Shown: one piece after another, positions 18,377 through 27,945 of the stretch
Position numbering within the stretch: position 1 is the stretch's first letter
Layout: each line of letters begins with the position of its first letter
Assembly: GCA_024638705.1 (NCBI GenBank)
Contig: JAHEJV010000004.1
Location: 1-46,375, forward strand
DNA: 46,375 nt
Direction of reading: 5' to 3'
DNA from: Deltaproteobacteria bacterium
GTDB lineage: Bacteria > Myxococcota_A > UBA9160 > SMWR01
The notes under the pieces: generated by a model
What the model saw: only the letters and a program-made list of their open reading frames with translations
Database searches by the model: none
What the model was told of the DNA's origin: nothing
Position numbers and translations under genes: made by a program

Positions 18377-18446
18377 CTTCGCTCGCCTCCGGCTCGCCTA
18401 TCTGGCTTCGCTCGCCTCCGGCTCGCTGCGCGCCGGCTTCGCCGGC
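18377..18446. repeat. Intergenic REP-like element: 21-bp direct repeat x2 plus GC hairpin
   Basis: CTTCGCTCGCCTCCGGCTCGC at 18377-18397 and 18406-18426, then GCCGGC-TTC-GCCGGC at 18432-18446. Confidence 0.6.
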
Positions 18447-18490
18447 TTGCTCGTGCGATTCGCGTCGCGACCGCGCGTCCGTCCGTTCGT

Positions 18491-19855
18491 TCACGTCGCT
18501 CCCGCGACGGTCATCTTCGACACCCGGACACTCGGCGATCCGATCCGCGAGAGCCAGAGCAGGTCGCTGCCGACGGCGTCGATGTTCGCCAGCATGTCGC
18601 CGAAGTTCGCGGCGATCGTGACTTCCTCGACGGGGTGGGTGAGTGCCCCGTTCTCGATCCACAGGCCCGCGGCGCCGCGCGAATAGTCGCCCGTGGTCGG
18701 GTTGAAGCCCATCCCGATCAGCTCGGTGACGAGCAGGCCCTTCGGCGTGTCCGCGATGATCTCTTCGAGGGTCGCGTCGCCCGGCTCGAGGCCGAGGTTC
18801 GTCGCGCCGACGCCGGGCGCGCTGCCCGCCGAGCGCGACGCGTTGCCCGTCGAGGCCAGTCCGAGCTTGCGCGCCGAGTAGGTGTCGAGCAGGAACGACG
18901 CGAGCTTCCCGCGATCGAGGACGGTATTGCGTCGGCTCGGCAGGCCCTCGCCGTCGAAGGGGCGACTGCCGAGGCCGCTCGGGCGCAGGGCGTCGTCGAC
19001 GAGGGTGATGCGATCGCTCGCGACGCGCTCGCCCAGCTTCTCGGCGAGGAAGCTCGTCCCGCGATACACCGCATAGCCACTGACCAGGCCCGCGACCTGG
19101 CGCCACAGGCTCGCCGCCGTCAGCGGATCGAAGATCACCGGCACTTCGCAGGTGGCGATCTTGCGCGCGCCGAGGCGGCGCACGGCGCGCTCGGCGGCGC
19201 GTCGGCCGACGTCTTCGGGCGCTTCGAGATCGGCGAGGCGCCGCGCGGACGTCATCCAGTAGTCGCGCTGCATGCTGCCGTTCTCGCGCGCGAGCGGCTC
19301 GGCGAACAGGCCGTGCGAGCCCGATTCGTACTCGCCGAGGAATCCCTCCGTGTTGCCGTAGACGACGCGCGCGAAGCCCGAAGATGCCTGGGAGCCCTCG
19401 GAGTTGGTGATGCGCGGGTCGGTCTCGCGGGCGGCCTTCTCGGCGCGCTTCGCGGCCTCGATGCGCGCGTCGACTCCGCTCGCGCGATCGCCCGCGTCGA
19501 TGAGATCGAGCTCGGGGAGCGCGTCGGCCGGGGCGAACCCGCCTTCGGGGAGGCCTGCTGACGGGTCTTCCGCGGTCGCGCGCGAGAGCGCCACGGCGTC
19601 CTGCGCCATCGCGCGGATCGCGTCCTCGCCGAGGTCGCAGGTGGAGGTGATCGCCGAACGCATGCCCGCGCTGCCGCGGGTGAGCGCCCGGATCCCGAGC
19701 GTGCGTCCGCGCGCCTGCTTCACGAAGTCGATCTCTTCCCCGCGCACGCGCGTCTCGAGGGAATCCGATTCCACGACGACGACGTCGGCGGCGTCGGCGC
19801 CGGCCGCGGCCACGGCTTCGAGGGCGAGCGCAGCGTGTTCGCGAACCGTGCTCAT
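18491..19855 (-). CDS. pmbA: PmbA/TldE protein
   Basis: SRPFDGEG, TGDYSRGAAGLWIENG, EVTIAANF; no HExxxH; adjacent to tldD. Confidence 0.92.
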   Translation of the reverse strand: MSTVREHAALALEAVAAAGADAADVVVVESDSLETRVRGEEIDFVKQARGRTLGIRALTRGSAGMRSAITSTCDLGEDAIRAMAQDAVALSRATAEDPSAGLPEGGFAPADALPELDLIDAGDRASGVDARIEAAKRAEKAARETDPRITNSEGSQASSGFARVVYGNTEGFLGEYESGSHGLFAEPLARENGSMQRDYWMTSARRLADLEAPEDVGRRAAERAVRRLGARKIATCEVPVIFDPLTAASLWRQVAGLVSGYAVYRGTSFLAEKLGERVASDRITLVDDALRPSGLGSRPFDGEGLPSRRNTVLDRGKLASFLLDTYSARKLGLASTGNASRSAGSAPGVGATNLGLEPGDATLEEIIADTPKGLLVTELIGMGFNPTTGDYSRGAAGLWIENGALTHPVEEVTIAANFGDMLANIDAVGSDLLWLSRIGSPSVRVSKMTVAGAT

Positions 19856-21291
19856 CCCTCGGTGCCGCCGACGGTGAGGTCTTCGATGCGCAGCGTCGGG
19901 AGGCCGACGCCGACGGGCACCGACTGCCCGTCCTTGCCGCAGGTGCCGACGCCGGCATCGAGCTCGAGGTCGTTTCCGATCTTCGACACCCGGGTCAGGA
20001 CGTCCGGGCCGTTGCCGATCAGCGTGGCGCCCTTGAGCGGCGCGCCGACCCGTCCGTTCTCGATGCGATAGGCCTCGCTCGCCGAGAACACGAACTTCCC
20101 GCTGGTGATGTCGACCTGACCGCCGCCGAAGTTCACGGCGTAGATGCCGCGGTCGACCGAGCGCACGATGTCCTCCGGCTCCTCATCGCCGGCGAGCATG
20201 AAGGTGTTGGTCATGCGCGGCATCGGCAGGTGCGCATAGCTCTCGCGGCGTCCGTTGCCCGTCGGCGCGACGCCCATCAGGTGCGCGTTCTGGCGGTCCT
20301 GGAGGTAGCCGCAGAGGATGCCGTCCTCGATCAGGGTCGTGCGCTGGGTGGGCGTGCCCTCGTCGTCGACGTTGAGGGAGCCGCGTCGCGCCGGAATCGT
20401 GCCGTCGTCGACGACGGTGACGCCGGGCGCCGCGACCCGCTCCCCGACGCGGCCGGCGAAGGCCGACGTCCCCTTGCGGTTGAAGTCGCCCTCGAGCCCG
20501 TGGCCGATCGCCTCGTGGAGCAGGATGCCGGGCCAGCCCGGGCCGAGCACGACGGTCATGCTGCCGGCGGGGCAGGGCTCGGCTTCGAGATTGAGCAGCG
20601 CCATGCGCACGGCTTCGTCGACGAGGCCCTTCCAGCGGGTCGGGTCCTGCAACGCGTCGAAGCCGGTACGACCGCCGCAGCCCTGGTAGCCGACTTCGCG
20701 GCGACTGCCGTCCTTCGCGATCACCTGCACGTTGAGGCGGACGAGGGGGCGCACGTCCTCGGCGAAGGTGCCGTCGCTGCCGACGACGAGCACCTGTCGG
20801 TGCTGGGACACACAGCTCGCCATCACCTGGTCGACGCGCGGGTCGCGGGCGCGCGCGTAGGCGTCGATCTCCTCGACGAGGCGGATCTTCTCCGTGACCC
20901 CGACGTCGGTGGGCGGAATCGCGACCGGGTAGAGGTCGCGCCCGGCGACGCGCGCGTTGACCGCTCCGCGCCTCGCGTCCGACGTCTCGCTGGCGATGGC
21001 GCGGGCGGTCTGCGCCGCGACCTGGAGCGACTCGACACTGACCTCGTCGGTGTGGGCATAACCCTGGCGCTCGCCGACCTGGGCGCGCACCCCGACGCCC
21101 TGCTCGAGATGGCGGTCGCCGCTCTTCACGATGCCCTCTTCGAGGACGACCGAATCCTGGGTGGTGTACTCGAAGAAGAGGTCGGCGTACTCGACCCGCC
21201 GTTGGAGCGCGGTGTCGAGCGCTGCGCCGAGGCTCGTCTCGTCGACGCCGAAGCGATCCTGGAAGAACGCTCGCGGGGTCGGCAGCGTCAT
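19852..21291 (-). CDS. tldD: TldD metalloprotease
   Basis: GWPGILLHEAIGHGLEGDFNRK, PRMTNTFM, GTCGKDGQSVPVGVG. ATG 21291 in an ATGA overlap. Confidence 0.95.
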   Translation of the reverse strand: MTLPTPRAFFQDRFGVDETSLGAALDTALQRRVEYADLFFEYTTQDSVVLEEGIVKSGDRHLEQGVGVRAQVGERQGYAHTDEVSVESLQVAAQTARAIASETSDARRGAVNARVAGRDLYPVAIPPTDVGVTEKIRLVEEIDAYARARDPRVDQVMASCVSQHRQVLVVGSDGTFAEDVRPLVRLNVQVIAKDGSRREVGYQGCGGRTGFDALQDPTRWKGLVDEAVRMALLNLEAEPCPAGSMTVVLGPGWPGILLHEAIGHGLEGDFNRKGTSAFAGRVGERVAAPGVTVVDDGTIPARRGSLNVDDEGTPTQRTTLIEDGILCGYLQDRQNAHLMGVAPTGNGRRESYAHLPMPRMTNTFMLAGDEEPEDIVRSVDRGIYAVNFGGGQVDITSGKFVFSASEAYRIENGRVGAPLKGATLIGNGPDVLTRVSKIGNDLELDAGVGTCGKDGQSVPVGVGLPTLRIEDLTVGGTEG

Positions 21292-22001
21292 CGAAGTGGC
21301 TCCTTGGGGATTTCGCGCGCGAAGCGCGCCGGCAGATCGGCGAGGGTAGCAAGCGAGGTCGCGTCCACCGCCCGCATCCCGGCGGCGCGGGCGCCGGCGA
21401 GGTCGCGCTCGGCATCGTCGCCGACGAAGAGCGCGCGCCCCGGCGCGACGCCGAGACGGCGCAGGGCGGAAGCGAAGATCGCGGGGTCGGGTTTCGCGAC
21501 CCCCGCATCGACGGGAAGCCAGACGAGATCGATGGCCGGGCCGACGCCGAGACCGTCTAGGATGCCGGGCAGCCGTTGATCGAAGTTGGACACGACGGCG
21601 GTGGCGACGCCTTCGTCGTGCAACGCGAACAGGGCGTCGCGCGCTCCTTCGCGCAGACGCCACGCGTCGCCGCGGCCGTAGTGCGCGAAGAGCGCGTCGA
21701 AGCAGGCGTCGGCAAGGGCTTCGCCCGTCGCGGAATCCGCGGCGAGGAAGGTCTGGCGCACGATCGTCCGCCAGGCTTCGCGCTCCAGACGCGCGGCTTC
21801 GTCGCGGGACGCCGAGGGGAAGACGCGTTCGGGCGCGTTCGCGACGACGCGACCGAACGCGTCGCCGAGACGCCAGGCCGAGATCGCGCCGCCCGCGGCG
21901 TCGGCGAAGTGCGCATAGGTCTCGCCGACCGGTTCGCGCACCTCGATCAGCGTGCCGGTGGCATCGAAGAGCACCGCGCGGTCGGCCGCGGTGGCGTCCA
22001 T
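21288..22001 (-). CDS. HAD-superfamily hydrolase (subfamily IA, HDHD3/REG-2-like)
   Basis: FDATGTL, VVSNFD, KPDPAIF, VGDD...DLAGA. Confidence 0.88.
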   Translation of the reverse strand: MDATAADRAVLFDATGTLIEVREPVGETYAHFADAAGGAISAWRLGDAFGRVVANAPERVFPSASRDEAARLEREAWRTIVRQTFLAADSATGEALADACFDALFAHYGRGDAWRLREGARDALFALHDEGVATAVVSNFDQRLPGILDGLGVGPAIDLVWLPVDAGVAKPDPAIFASALRRLGVAPGRALFVGDDAERDLAGARAAGMRAVDATSLATLADLPARFAREIPKEPLR

Positions 22002-22943
22002 TCAGGCGCGACGCCGGGCCGATGCGATGAAGGTGTCGGGCAGATCGCGCGAACCGGAGCGGGCGGCCTGGGTCTCGTAGACGACGCCCTCGAGGTCGGC
22101 GGCTTCGAACCACGCCTCCACTTCGCTCGCGTCGAAGCCCAGCCAGGAGACGCCGAGCTCCTGGCGCATCCACTCGTGCTCGTGGCGCACGAAGTCCACG
22201 ACGACGACACTGCCGCCGGGCCGCACGATGCGCGCCATCTCGCGGATCGCCTCGGCCGGGGAGGGCAGGTAGTGGAGCACCATGTGGGTGAAGGCGGCGT
22301 CGACGCTCTGGTCGTCGAGGGGCAGGGCGTGCGCCTCGCCCGCGCGCAGATCGACTCCCTCGATGCCGGCCGCTTCGAGCTTGGCGCGCGCGGCTTCGAG
22401 CATGCGCGGGGAGTGATCGATCGCGACGACGTGCGCACCCAGGCGCGCGAGCTCCTGGGCGAGGATGCCGGTGCCGGTGCCGACGTCGGCGACTTCGAGG
22501 CCAGGGGGCAGCAGACGGGTGAGGGCGCGACTGCGCAGTGCGTCGTCGTTGAACACCTTGCGCAGGGCGTCCCATTCCGGGCCGACGGCGTCGAAGAAGC
22601 TGCGCGTGCGGTCAGCGCGCGCGGCCATCACCTGGGTGAGCGCCGCACGATCGCGCGCCCGCGTCGGGTCGGCTTCGAGGCTCTGTTTCACCAGCTCCCA
22701 GGTCTCGCGCCACGGACCCTCTTCGGGCACTTCGAAGCGGTAGAAGACGTAGGTGCCGTCGCGGCGGTCGCGCAGCAGACCCGCTTCCCGCAGGATCGCG
22801 AGGTGTCGCGAGACGCGTGACTGCGCCATTCCCAGCACGTCCATCAGCTCCTGCACGGCGAGCTCTTCCTGTTCGAGCAGGGCGAGCACGCGCACGCGCG
22901 TCGGGTCGGAGAGCGTCTTGAAGACCTTCTGGAGCGCTTCCAA
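22002..22943 (-). CDS. ArsR-family regulator fused to a SAM-dependent methyltransferase domain (SahR-like)
   Basis: FKTLSDPTRVR, QSRVSRHLAILREAG (ArsR HTH); DVGTGTG, MVLHY, RPGG (methyltransferase fold). Confidence 0.88.
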   Translation of the reverse strand: MEALQKVFKTLSDPTRVRVLALLEQEELAVQELMDVLGMAQSRVSRHLAILREAGLLRDRRDGTYVFYRFEVPEEGPWRETWELVKQSLEADPTRARDRAALTQVMAARADRTRSFFDAVGPEWDALRKVFNDDALRSRALTRLLPPGLEVADVGTGTGILAQELARLGAHVVAIDHSPRMLEAARAKLEAAGIEGVDLRAGEAHALPLDDQSVDAAFTHMVLHYLPSPAEAIREMARIVRPGGSVVVVDFVRHEHEWMRQELGVSWLGFDASEVEAWFEAADLEGVVYETQAARSGSRDLPDTFIASARRRA

Positions 22944-22955
22944 AGCGTCGAGACG

Positions 22956-23828
22956 CTATCTCACCACGGGCCGGGTGGGAGTGCCGGCCACCTCGATGCG
23001 GATCTGGCCGAAGTTCCCCACCTCGACGCCCTGGGCGTTGAGCGAACCCTGGATCGCGCCGCTCACCGTGAGCTCGAGCTGGAGCCGGAGCGGCGCCGTG
23101 GCGAAGTTCGGCGCGCGTCCGATCGTGCCTCGCGCGCGACCCGTCGCGAGCGGCGATTCGAGGGAGAAGCTGCGGATCCGCGCCCAGTCTTCGCCGCCGA
23201 GGTCGATCTCGCCGTCGATCTTCTGGAAGGGCATCGGCAGCGGCAGCTCGGGATGGGTGAGGATGCCGTCGCGCGCCTGGAAGGTGACGGTGCCCGAGGG
23301 TCCCTCCGGCAGGACCACGACGTCGATGTCGGCGTCGGTGCGTCCCTTCACGTGGAGCGGGGTGCCGAGCGCCTTCTGGGGAAGCACCTCGAGGTCGGCG
23401 TTGGTGAGGTCGCCGTCGTAGGCGGGAGTCTCACCCAGGGTGAGGACGCCCGAGGCGTCGCCGCGCGCGGAGAGGATGTCGAGTGCCAGCGCCGGATCGC
23501 CGCTGAACCAGGAGAGCGAGAGCGCCGGTCGGACGCCCGCTTCGGCGAGGTCGAAGCGCGTGCCGTCGGGCTGGATGATCTGGACGCCCTCGGCCTCGAT
23601 GCCGGGCGCCCAGCGCACGAAGCCGAGCGAGACGGGGCCGAGGATGATGCGCGTTCCGGTGTCCTGCTCGATCTGGGTCGCAATCCGCTGGGCGAGGCGG
23701 TCGTAGGGGAAGTCGAGCACCATGAAGAAGAGCGTCAGCGCGATGGCGGCCAGCGCGACGCCCGTGATGCGCAGGCCGCCGAGAGCGCCCTCGGCGCGCG
23801 AGGTGGCATCGGCTTCGACTCGCTCCAT
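22956..23828 (-). CDS. gspN: Type II secretion protein N
   Basis: TM followed by FPYDRL, ends GTPTRP; last gene of the gsp cluster. Confidence 0.8.
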   Translation of the reverse strand: MERVEADATSRAEGALGGLRITGVALAAIALTLFFMVLDFPYDRLAQRIATQIEQDTGTRIILGPVSLGFVRWAPGIEAEGVQIIQPDGTRFDLAEAGVRPALSLSWFSGDPALALDILSARGDASGVLTLGETPAYDGDLTNADLEVLPQKALGTPLHVKGRTDADIDVVVLPEGPSGTVTFQARDGILTHPELPLPMPFQKIDGEIDLGGEDWARIRSFSLESPLATGRARGTIGRAPNFATAPLRLQLELTVSGAIQGSLNAQGVEVGNFGQIRIEVAGTPTRPVVR

Positions 23829-23830
23829 CG

Positions 23831-24379
23831 CTAGATCGGCTCGAAGGACGAGACGGTGAACGTCACGTCGAGAAACTCGGGTTGGTCGGGGCGCGTGCGC
23901 ATGCGCAGGCTCTTCACGCTGAGTGCCTGGGGCGAGATGTCGATCTGGTGCAGGTATTTCACGGTCTGCGCGAGCGTCACGTTCTTGAGCCCGACCTCGA
24001 CCTTCGTCTCGCGATAGTTCGGATGCGAGGGCGACGCCTGCGGCTCCATCGACTCCACCAGGACTTGCGCCTGGCGCGCCAGCGTCTCCAGGGTGGTGCG
24101 CAGGTTGCCGCGCGAGCCGCGCTGGATGCGCTGCTCGACGTCGGCGAGGCGACCCTGGATCTCGTCGTACTCGCGGCGCATGCGCTGCATCGCGGCGAGC
24201 TGCTGGTCGGCGGAGGCGAGCCGCAGCTCCCCCGAGCCGGCGGCGTTGAGGATCGGGTTGACGATCAGAAGGTAGACGAGCGCGACCGCCGTCATTCCGC
24301 CCGCGACGGTGACGAGCCAGCGCTCGCGCGCTTCCAGCCCGTTGAACCCGTCGAGCAGGCGGTTCCAGAGCTCTTTCAC
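23831..24379 (-). CDS. gspM: Type II secretion protein M
   Basis: LEARER followed by TM, coiled coil and a ferredoxin-like end. GTG 24379 in a GTGA overlap. Confidence 0.85.
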   Translation of the reverse strand: MKELWNRLLDGFNGLEARERWLVTVAGGMTAVALVYLLIVNPILNAAGSGELRLASADQQLAAMQRMRREYDEIQGRLADVEQRIQRGSRGNLRTTLETLARQAQVLVESMEPQASPSHPNYRETKVEVGLKNVTLAQTVKYLHQIDISPQALSVKSLRMRTRPDQPEFLDVTFTVSSFEPI

Positions 24380-25929
24380 GAGTCGTTCTCCGGGTTGGCG
24401 AGACTGATCGTGACGTTGAACTTCTTGCCGCCGGTGCGGTTGTCGGTCTCGATCGCGCCGATGCGCGCCTGATCGAAGGGGGCGAACTTCGACAGCTCGG
24501 CGCCGAGCCGGTCGGACGACTCGAAGGTCCTCGCGTAGACGCGCAGCCGGACGGTCTGTTTGTCGATCGAGAGCTCCTCGAAGCCGACGTCGAGGTCCTT
24601 CGGGACGCGCTTCGAGATCTCGGTCAGGACGTCGAGTGCGGACATGTTTCCGCGGTAGACCCCGAGGAACTCGGCGCGCGCTTCGGCGTCCTGCACGGCG
24701 TCGCGCATGGCGGCGAGCGGGTCGTCGGGCACTTCCTGTCCGGGGAAGGCGCCCTGATAGAGGGCGGTGATCTGCTCTTCGACGCGGCTCGCCTCGCGCG
24801 ACTCGAGCACCGCGCCGGTCGAGAAGCTCACCAGCGCGAGTCCGGCGACGACGGCAGCGAGGATGCCGGTGGGCCCGAACTCGCGGCGTACGCGAGAGAG
24901 GTCGGCGCGGCGGGCGAAATCGTCCTGGCGCAGGTTGAGACGCGTCGTGCCGCGGCCTGAGCCGCGCATCGCCAGGGCGAGGGTCGGGGCGAGCTGACCG
25001 AGGCCGGCTTCGGCCAGGTCGAGCCCGGCTTCGTCGCGCGGCGTGCCGAGGCCTTTGCACGCCAGGCCCGTGCGTTCGCAGAGCCAGGTGTCGAGGTGCT
25101 CGAGCTCGGCGCCGCCTCCGATCAGGGTCACGTTGGCGATGCCGTCCGGGCAGAGCGGTTCGAGGGCCGTCGCGAAGCGGACGATCTCGGACGCGAGTCG
25201 GTCGACGACCTCCGCCGCGCGCGGGAAGGGTGCGCCGACACCCGGCTCGGCGACGCCGCGGGCGTGTTTGTCGGCCTCGGCGTCCTCGAGGGAGAGCGCG
25301 CGCTCGGCGGCGACGGCTTCGGTGAAAGCGCGTCCCGCGGTGCCGAGGGATCGCGCCGAGATCGCCTTCCCCTCGGCGAGGGCGCAGAGCGTCGTCTTCT
25401 CGTGGCCGATGTCGACGACCAGGCGGTTGCCGGGCCAGTCGAAGGCGTGGGAGAGATTTGCGAGCACGAGGCCTTCGCATTCGATCGTGCGCGCGTCGCA
25501 GTCGGCCTCGTGGAGCGTGCCGATCAGCTGGGAGACCTCGCTGCGCGGGGCGAGCGCGGCGATGACGTCGGCGCGTCCCGACTCGCGGTGGGCGAGCTCC
25601 CAGTCGAGGACCATCTCGTCGAGGTCGTAGGGCACCTGGTCTTCGATCTCGAAGGGAACCGCCTGGGCGAGCCGGCGTTTCTCGGTGAAGGGAAACGTCA
25701 GCCGCCGCACGGACACGCGATTGCCGCGCACCGCGGTGACGACGTGGTCGCGTTGGAAGGAGTGGATCCGCAGCATCCGCGAAACCTGGTCGGGCAGAGG
25801 CAGTCTGGCGTCGCGCGGCTCGGCGTGGACGCGCACGACCTTGAAGGTGCGCAGGCCCTGCTCGACCTCCACCGCCTTCAACGTGTGGCTGCCGAGGTCG
25901 AGCCCCAGGACGTTCTTCAGGATCGCCAC
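24376..25929 (-). CDS. gspL: Type II secretion protein L (PilM-like actin-fold domain plus PilN-like periplasmic part)
   Basis: LGLDLGS, VDIGHEKT, LIGGGA, LNLRQ followed by TM; located between gspK and gspM. Confidence 0.85.
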   Translation of the reverse strand: MAILKNVLGLDLGSHTLKAVEVEQGLRTFKVVRVHAEPRDARLPLPDQVSRMLRIHSFQRDHVVTAVRGNRVSVRRLTFPFTEKRRLAQAVPFEIEDQVPYDLDEMVLDWELAHRESGRADVIAALAPRSEVSQLIGTLHEADCDARTIECEGLVLANLSHAFDWPGNRLVVDIGHEKTTLCALAEGKAISARSLGTAGRAFTEAVAAERALSLEDAEADKHARGVAEPGVGAPFPRAAEVVDRLASEIVRFATALEPLCPDGIANVTLIGGGAELEHLDTWLCERTGLACKGLGTPRDEAGLDLAEAGLGQLAPTLALAMRGSGRGTTRLNLRQDDFARRADLSRVRREFGPTGILAAVVAGLALVSFSTGAVLESREASRVEEQITALYQGAFPGQEVPDDPLAAMRDAVQDAEARAEFLGVYRGNMSALDVLTEISKRVPKDLDVGFEELSIDKQTVRLRVYARTFESSDRLGAELSKFAPFDQARIGAIETDNRTGGKKFNVTISLANPENDS

Positions 25930-25939
25930 GAGGCCCCTC

Positions 25940-26989
25940 TCACAACGCGCGCCAGGATAGCAGCCGGGGGTCCGACCCATCCCCGCGGTCGACGACCGCC
26001 TCGATGCGCCGGGCCACGTCGCCGACCCGGCCCGTGGCCGTGATCACGAAGACGTCGCTCTTGTAGTCGGGCTCGGGAAAGATGGCGTTGGTCACGATCT
26101 CTCGTATCGGCGTGCAGCCCTCCGCACTTTGCTCTTCCGCGCAGACCAGGCCCCCGTCCTCGCGGGCGATCAGGAGCCGCCGCACGGTGTCCTCGTCCGC
26201 CAGCCGCAGCTCGACCTCGTCGTCGAAGAAGAGCAGCCCGAGGACCCAGGGCGGCGCGGTGTTGGGGTTGATGCCGCCGCCCCCGACGTAGGGGTAGACG
26301 GTGACGTAGGGCGCGAGCGCCGCCACGAGATGGCCGTCGAAGCCCTCCACGCGTCGCAGCTCGTCCACCGAGAGGACCGGGCGGTTGGCGGGCCGACCCG
26401 GAGGGTCGCGTCGCTGGTAGTCTTCGTCCTCGGGGCCGCCCTGTTGCTTCTCGCTGTCCTCGTCGACGTAGTCGATCAGGTTCGACGCGAGTTCGGTGGC
26501 GTCGTAGGTCTTCTCGCCGGGTGGCAGCGGGATCTCGGCCACGGCCTTCTCGATCAGGCGCTGGAGGAGGTCGGCGCCCTTCGGCTCGATCGCGCCGGTC
26601 TCGTCGAAGAACATCACGGCGTTGAGATTCAGCTTCGACGCGACGTCCTCGATCGACACCGCGAGGGACGAGCCGTCCGCGAAGACGATCGGCTGGCCGC
26701 TGACCTGCGCCCAGAGCTCTTCGCGGTGATCGAGCGCGAGCTGCGTCTGGCGCTCGCGGTACTCGTCTTCGAGCAGGAGTGCGGTCGCCAGGCGGACGCC
26801 GCCGCGTGCCAGGGCATCGGCCCGCGATCGCGAGTCGCGGTTCTGCACGATCATGTGATCGATCAGCGCGCGACTCTGGAAGGTGGCGATCGTGCTCGCC
26901 AGGAGCAGGGCGAAGAAGAGCACCACGACGAGGACGACCCCGCGCTCGCGGCGCCGAGCTTCCGACGAAGCCATCATCGAACGGCGCAT
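25940..26989 (-). CDS. gspK: Type II secretion minor pseudopilin K
   Basis: RGVVLVVVL (no E5), KLNLN, DYVDED, ELRRVEGF, INPNTAP. Confidence 0.9.
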   Translation of the reverse strand: MRRSMMASSEARRRERGVVLVVVLFFALLLASTIATFQSRALIDHMIVQNRDSRSRADALARGGVRLATALLLEDEYRERQTQLALDHREELWAQVSGQPIVFADGSSLAVSIEDVASKLNLNAVMFFDETGAIEPKGADLLQRLIEKAVAEIPLPPGEKTYDATELASNLIDYVDEDSEKQQGGPEDEDYQRRDPPGRPANRPVLSVDELRRVEGFDGHLVAALAPYVTVYPYVGGGGINPNTAPPWVLGLLFFDDEVELRLADEDTVRRLLIAREDGGLVCAEEQSAEGCTPIREIVTNAIFPEPDYKSDVFVITATGRVGDVARRIEAVVDRGDGSDPRLLSWRAL

Positions 26990-27945
26990 CACAGACACTC
27001 CGGATTCACGGCCGGGTGGCCGGCGAGGATGTCCGCGTAGGGGGCGAACAGCGCGTCGGGGTTCTGTGCGAGCGCCGACAGCGTGCTGATGTCGGTGGGC
27101 GAGAGGCCCGCCGCCGCGGCGTCCGCCGCGCTCACCTTCGAGAAATCGACGCAGTCGGCGAGGGTGAGGTCACCGAAGTCGCCCTCGTCGCCCTCGCCGT
27201 CGGCGAATCCGTCCTCGCCGTCGGGATCGAGCAGCGCCTCGAGATCGATCGGGCGCAGCGGCAAGGGCACGTGGCGTGCATAACGTCGCGGCAGTGGATC
27301 GAAGCCGTCGTCGTCCATCTCCTCGTTCGGGTCGCGCAACCCGACCTCGATCTCGACGGCGAGCGGAAGCTCTCCCGAGTCGGCGAGCTGGGACGAGTCC
27401 CACTCCTCCTGCCACTCGCCGGCTGCGTCGAGGAAGCGCAGGGTGAAGGAATCGATCTCCTCGGAGACGACGAAGGCGTTCGGGTCGTCCGGGAGGGGAA
27501 GACTGCGATCGAGGCCGTCGGGCAGCTCGGGACGCGACCAACGGCGGAGTGCGAACCCTTCGCCGTCCTCGGCGCGGTCGAGGGTGTAGGCGACGACGGC
27601 GAGATCGGACGCGGGGCCGTCGCTGCCGCGCGGGCGCTCGCGGCGTACGAACTTGAGCTGGTCGGCGCCGCCCTGGTTGAAGCGCGATTCGCCGACGAAG
27701 AGCCAGGGGTGCCCGAGCGGATCGGCTTCGGACGGCTTGCGCACGAGCAGGGTGTGCTCGAGATCGGCGGCGATGCGATCGAGCAGGGTCGCCGCGCGTC
27801 GCACCTCGCGCGTGGATTCGGTGGCGCGCGTCGCCTGGTTCGAGAGGTCGATGTAGAAGTTGGCCGCGGCGCCGAGCAGGAAGCCCGTGATCAGCATGAC
27901 GCCGAGTACCTCGATCAAGCTGAAGCCGCGCTGCAAGCGCCTCAT
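26989..27945 (-). CDS. gspJ: Type II secretion minor pseudopilin J
   Basis: Prepilin motif RGFSLIEVL, WQEEWDS, LPLAVEI. Confidence 0.85.
   Translation of the reverse strand: MRRLQRGFSLIEVLGVMLITGFLLGAAANFYIDLSNQATRATESTREVRRAATLLDRIAADLEHTLLVRKPSEADPLGHPWLFVGESRFNQGGADQLKFVRRERPRGSDGPASDLAVVAYTLDRAEDGEGFALRRWSRPELPDGLDRSLPLPDDPNAFVVSEEIDSFTLRFLDAAGEWQEEWDSSQLADSGELPLAVEIEVGLRDPNEEMDDDGFDPLPRRYARHVPLPLRPIDLEALLDPDGEDGFADGEGDEGDFGDLTLADCVDFSKVSAADAAAAGLSPTDISTLSALAQNPDALFAPYADILAGHPAVNPECL

Noticed and set aside
18377-18426. Direct repeats as a mini CRISPR array
   Set aside because: Only two 21-bp copies with an 8-nt spacer and no cas genes.
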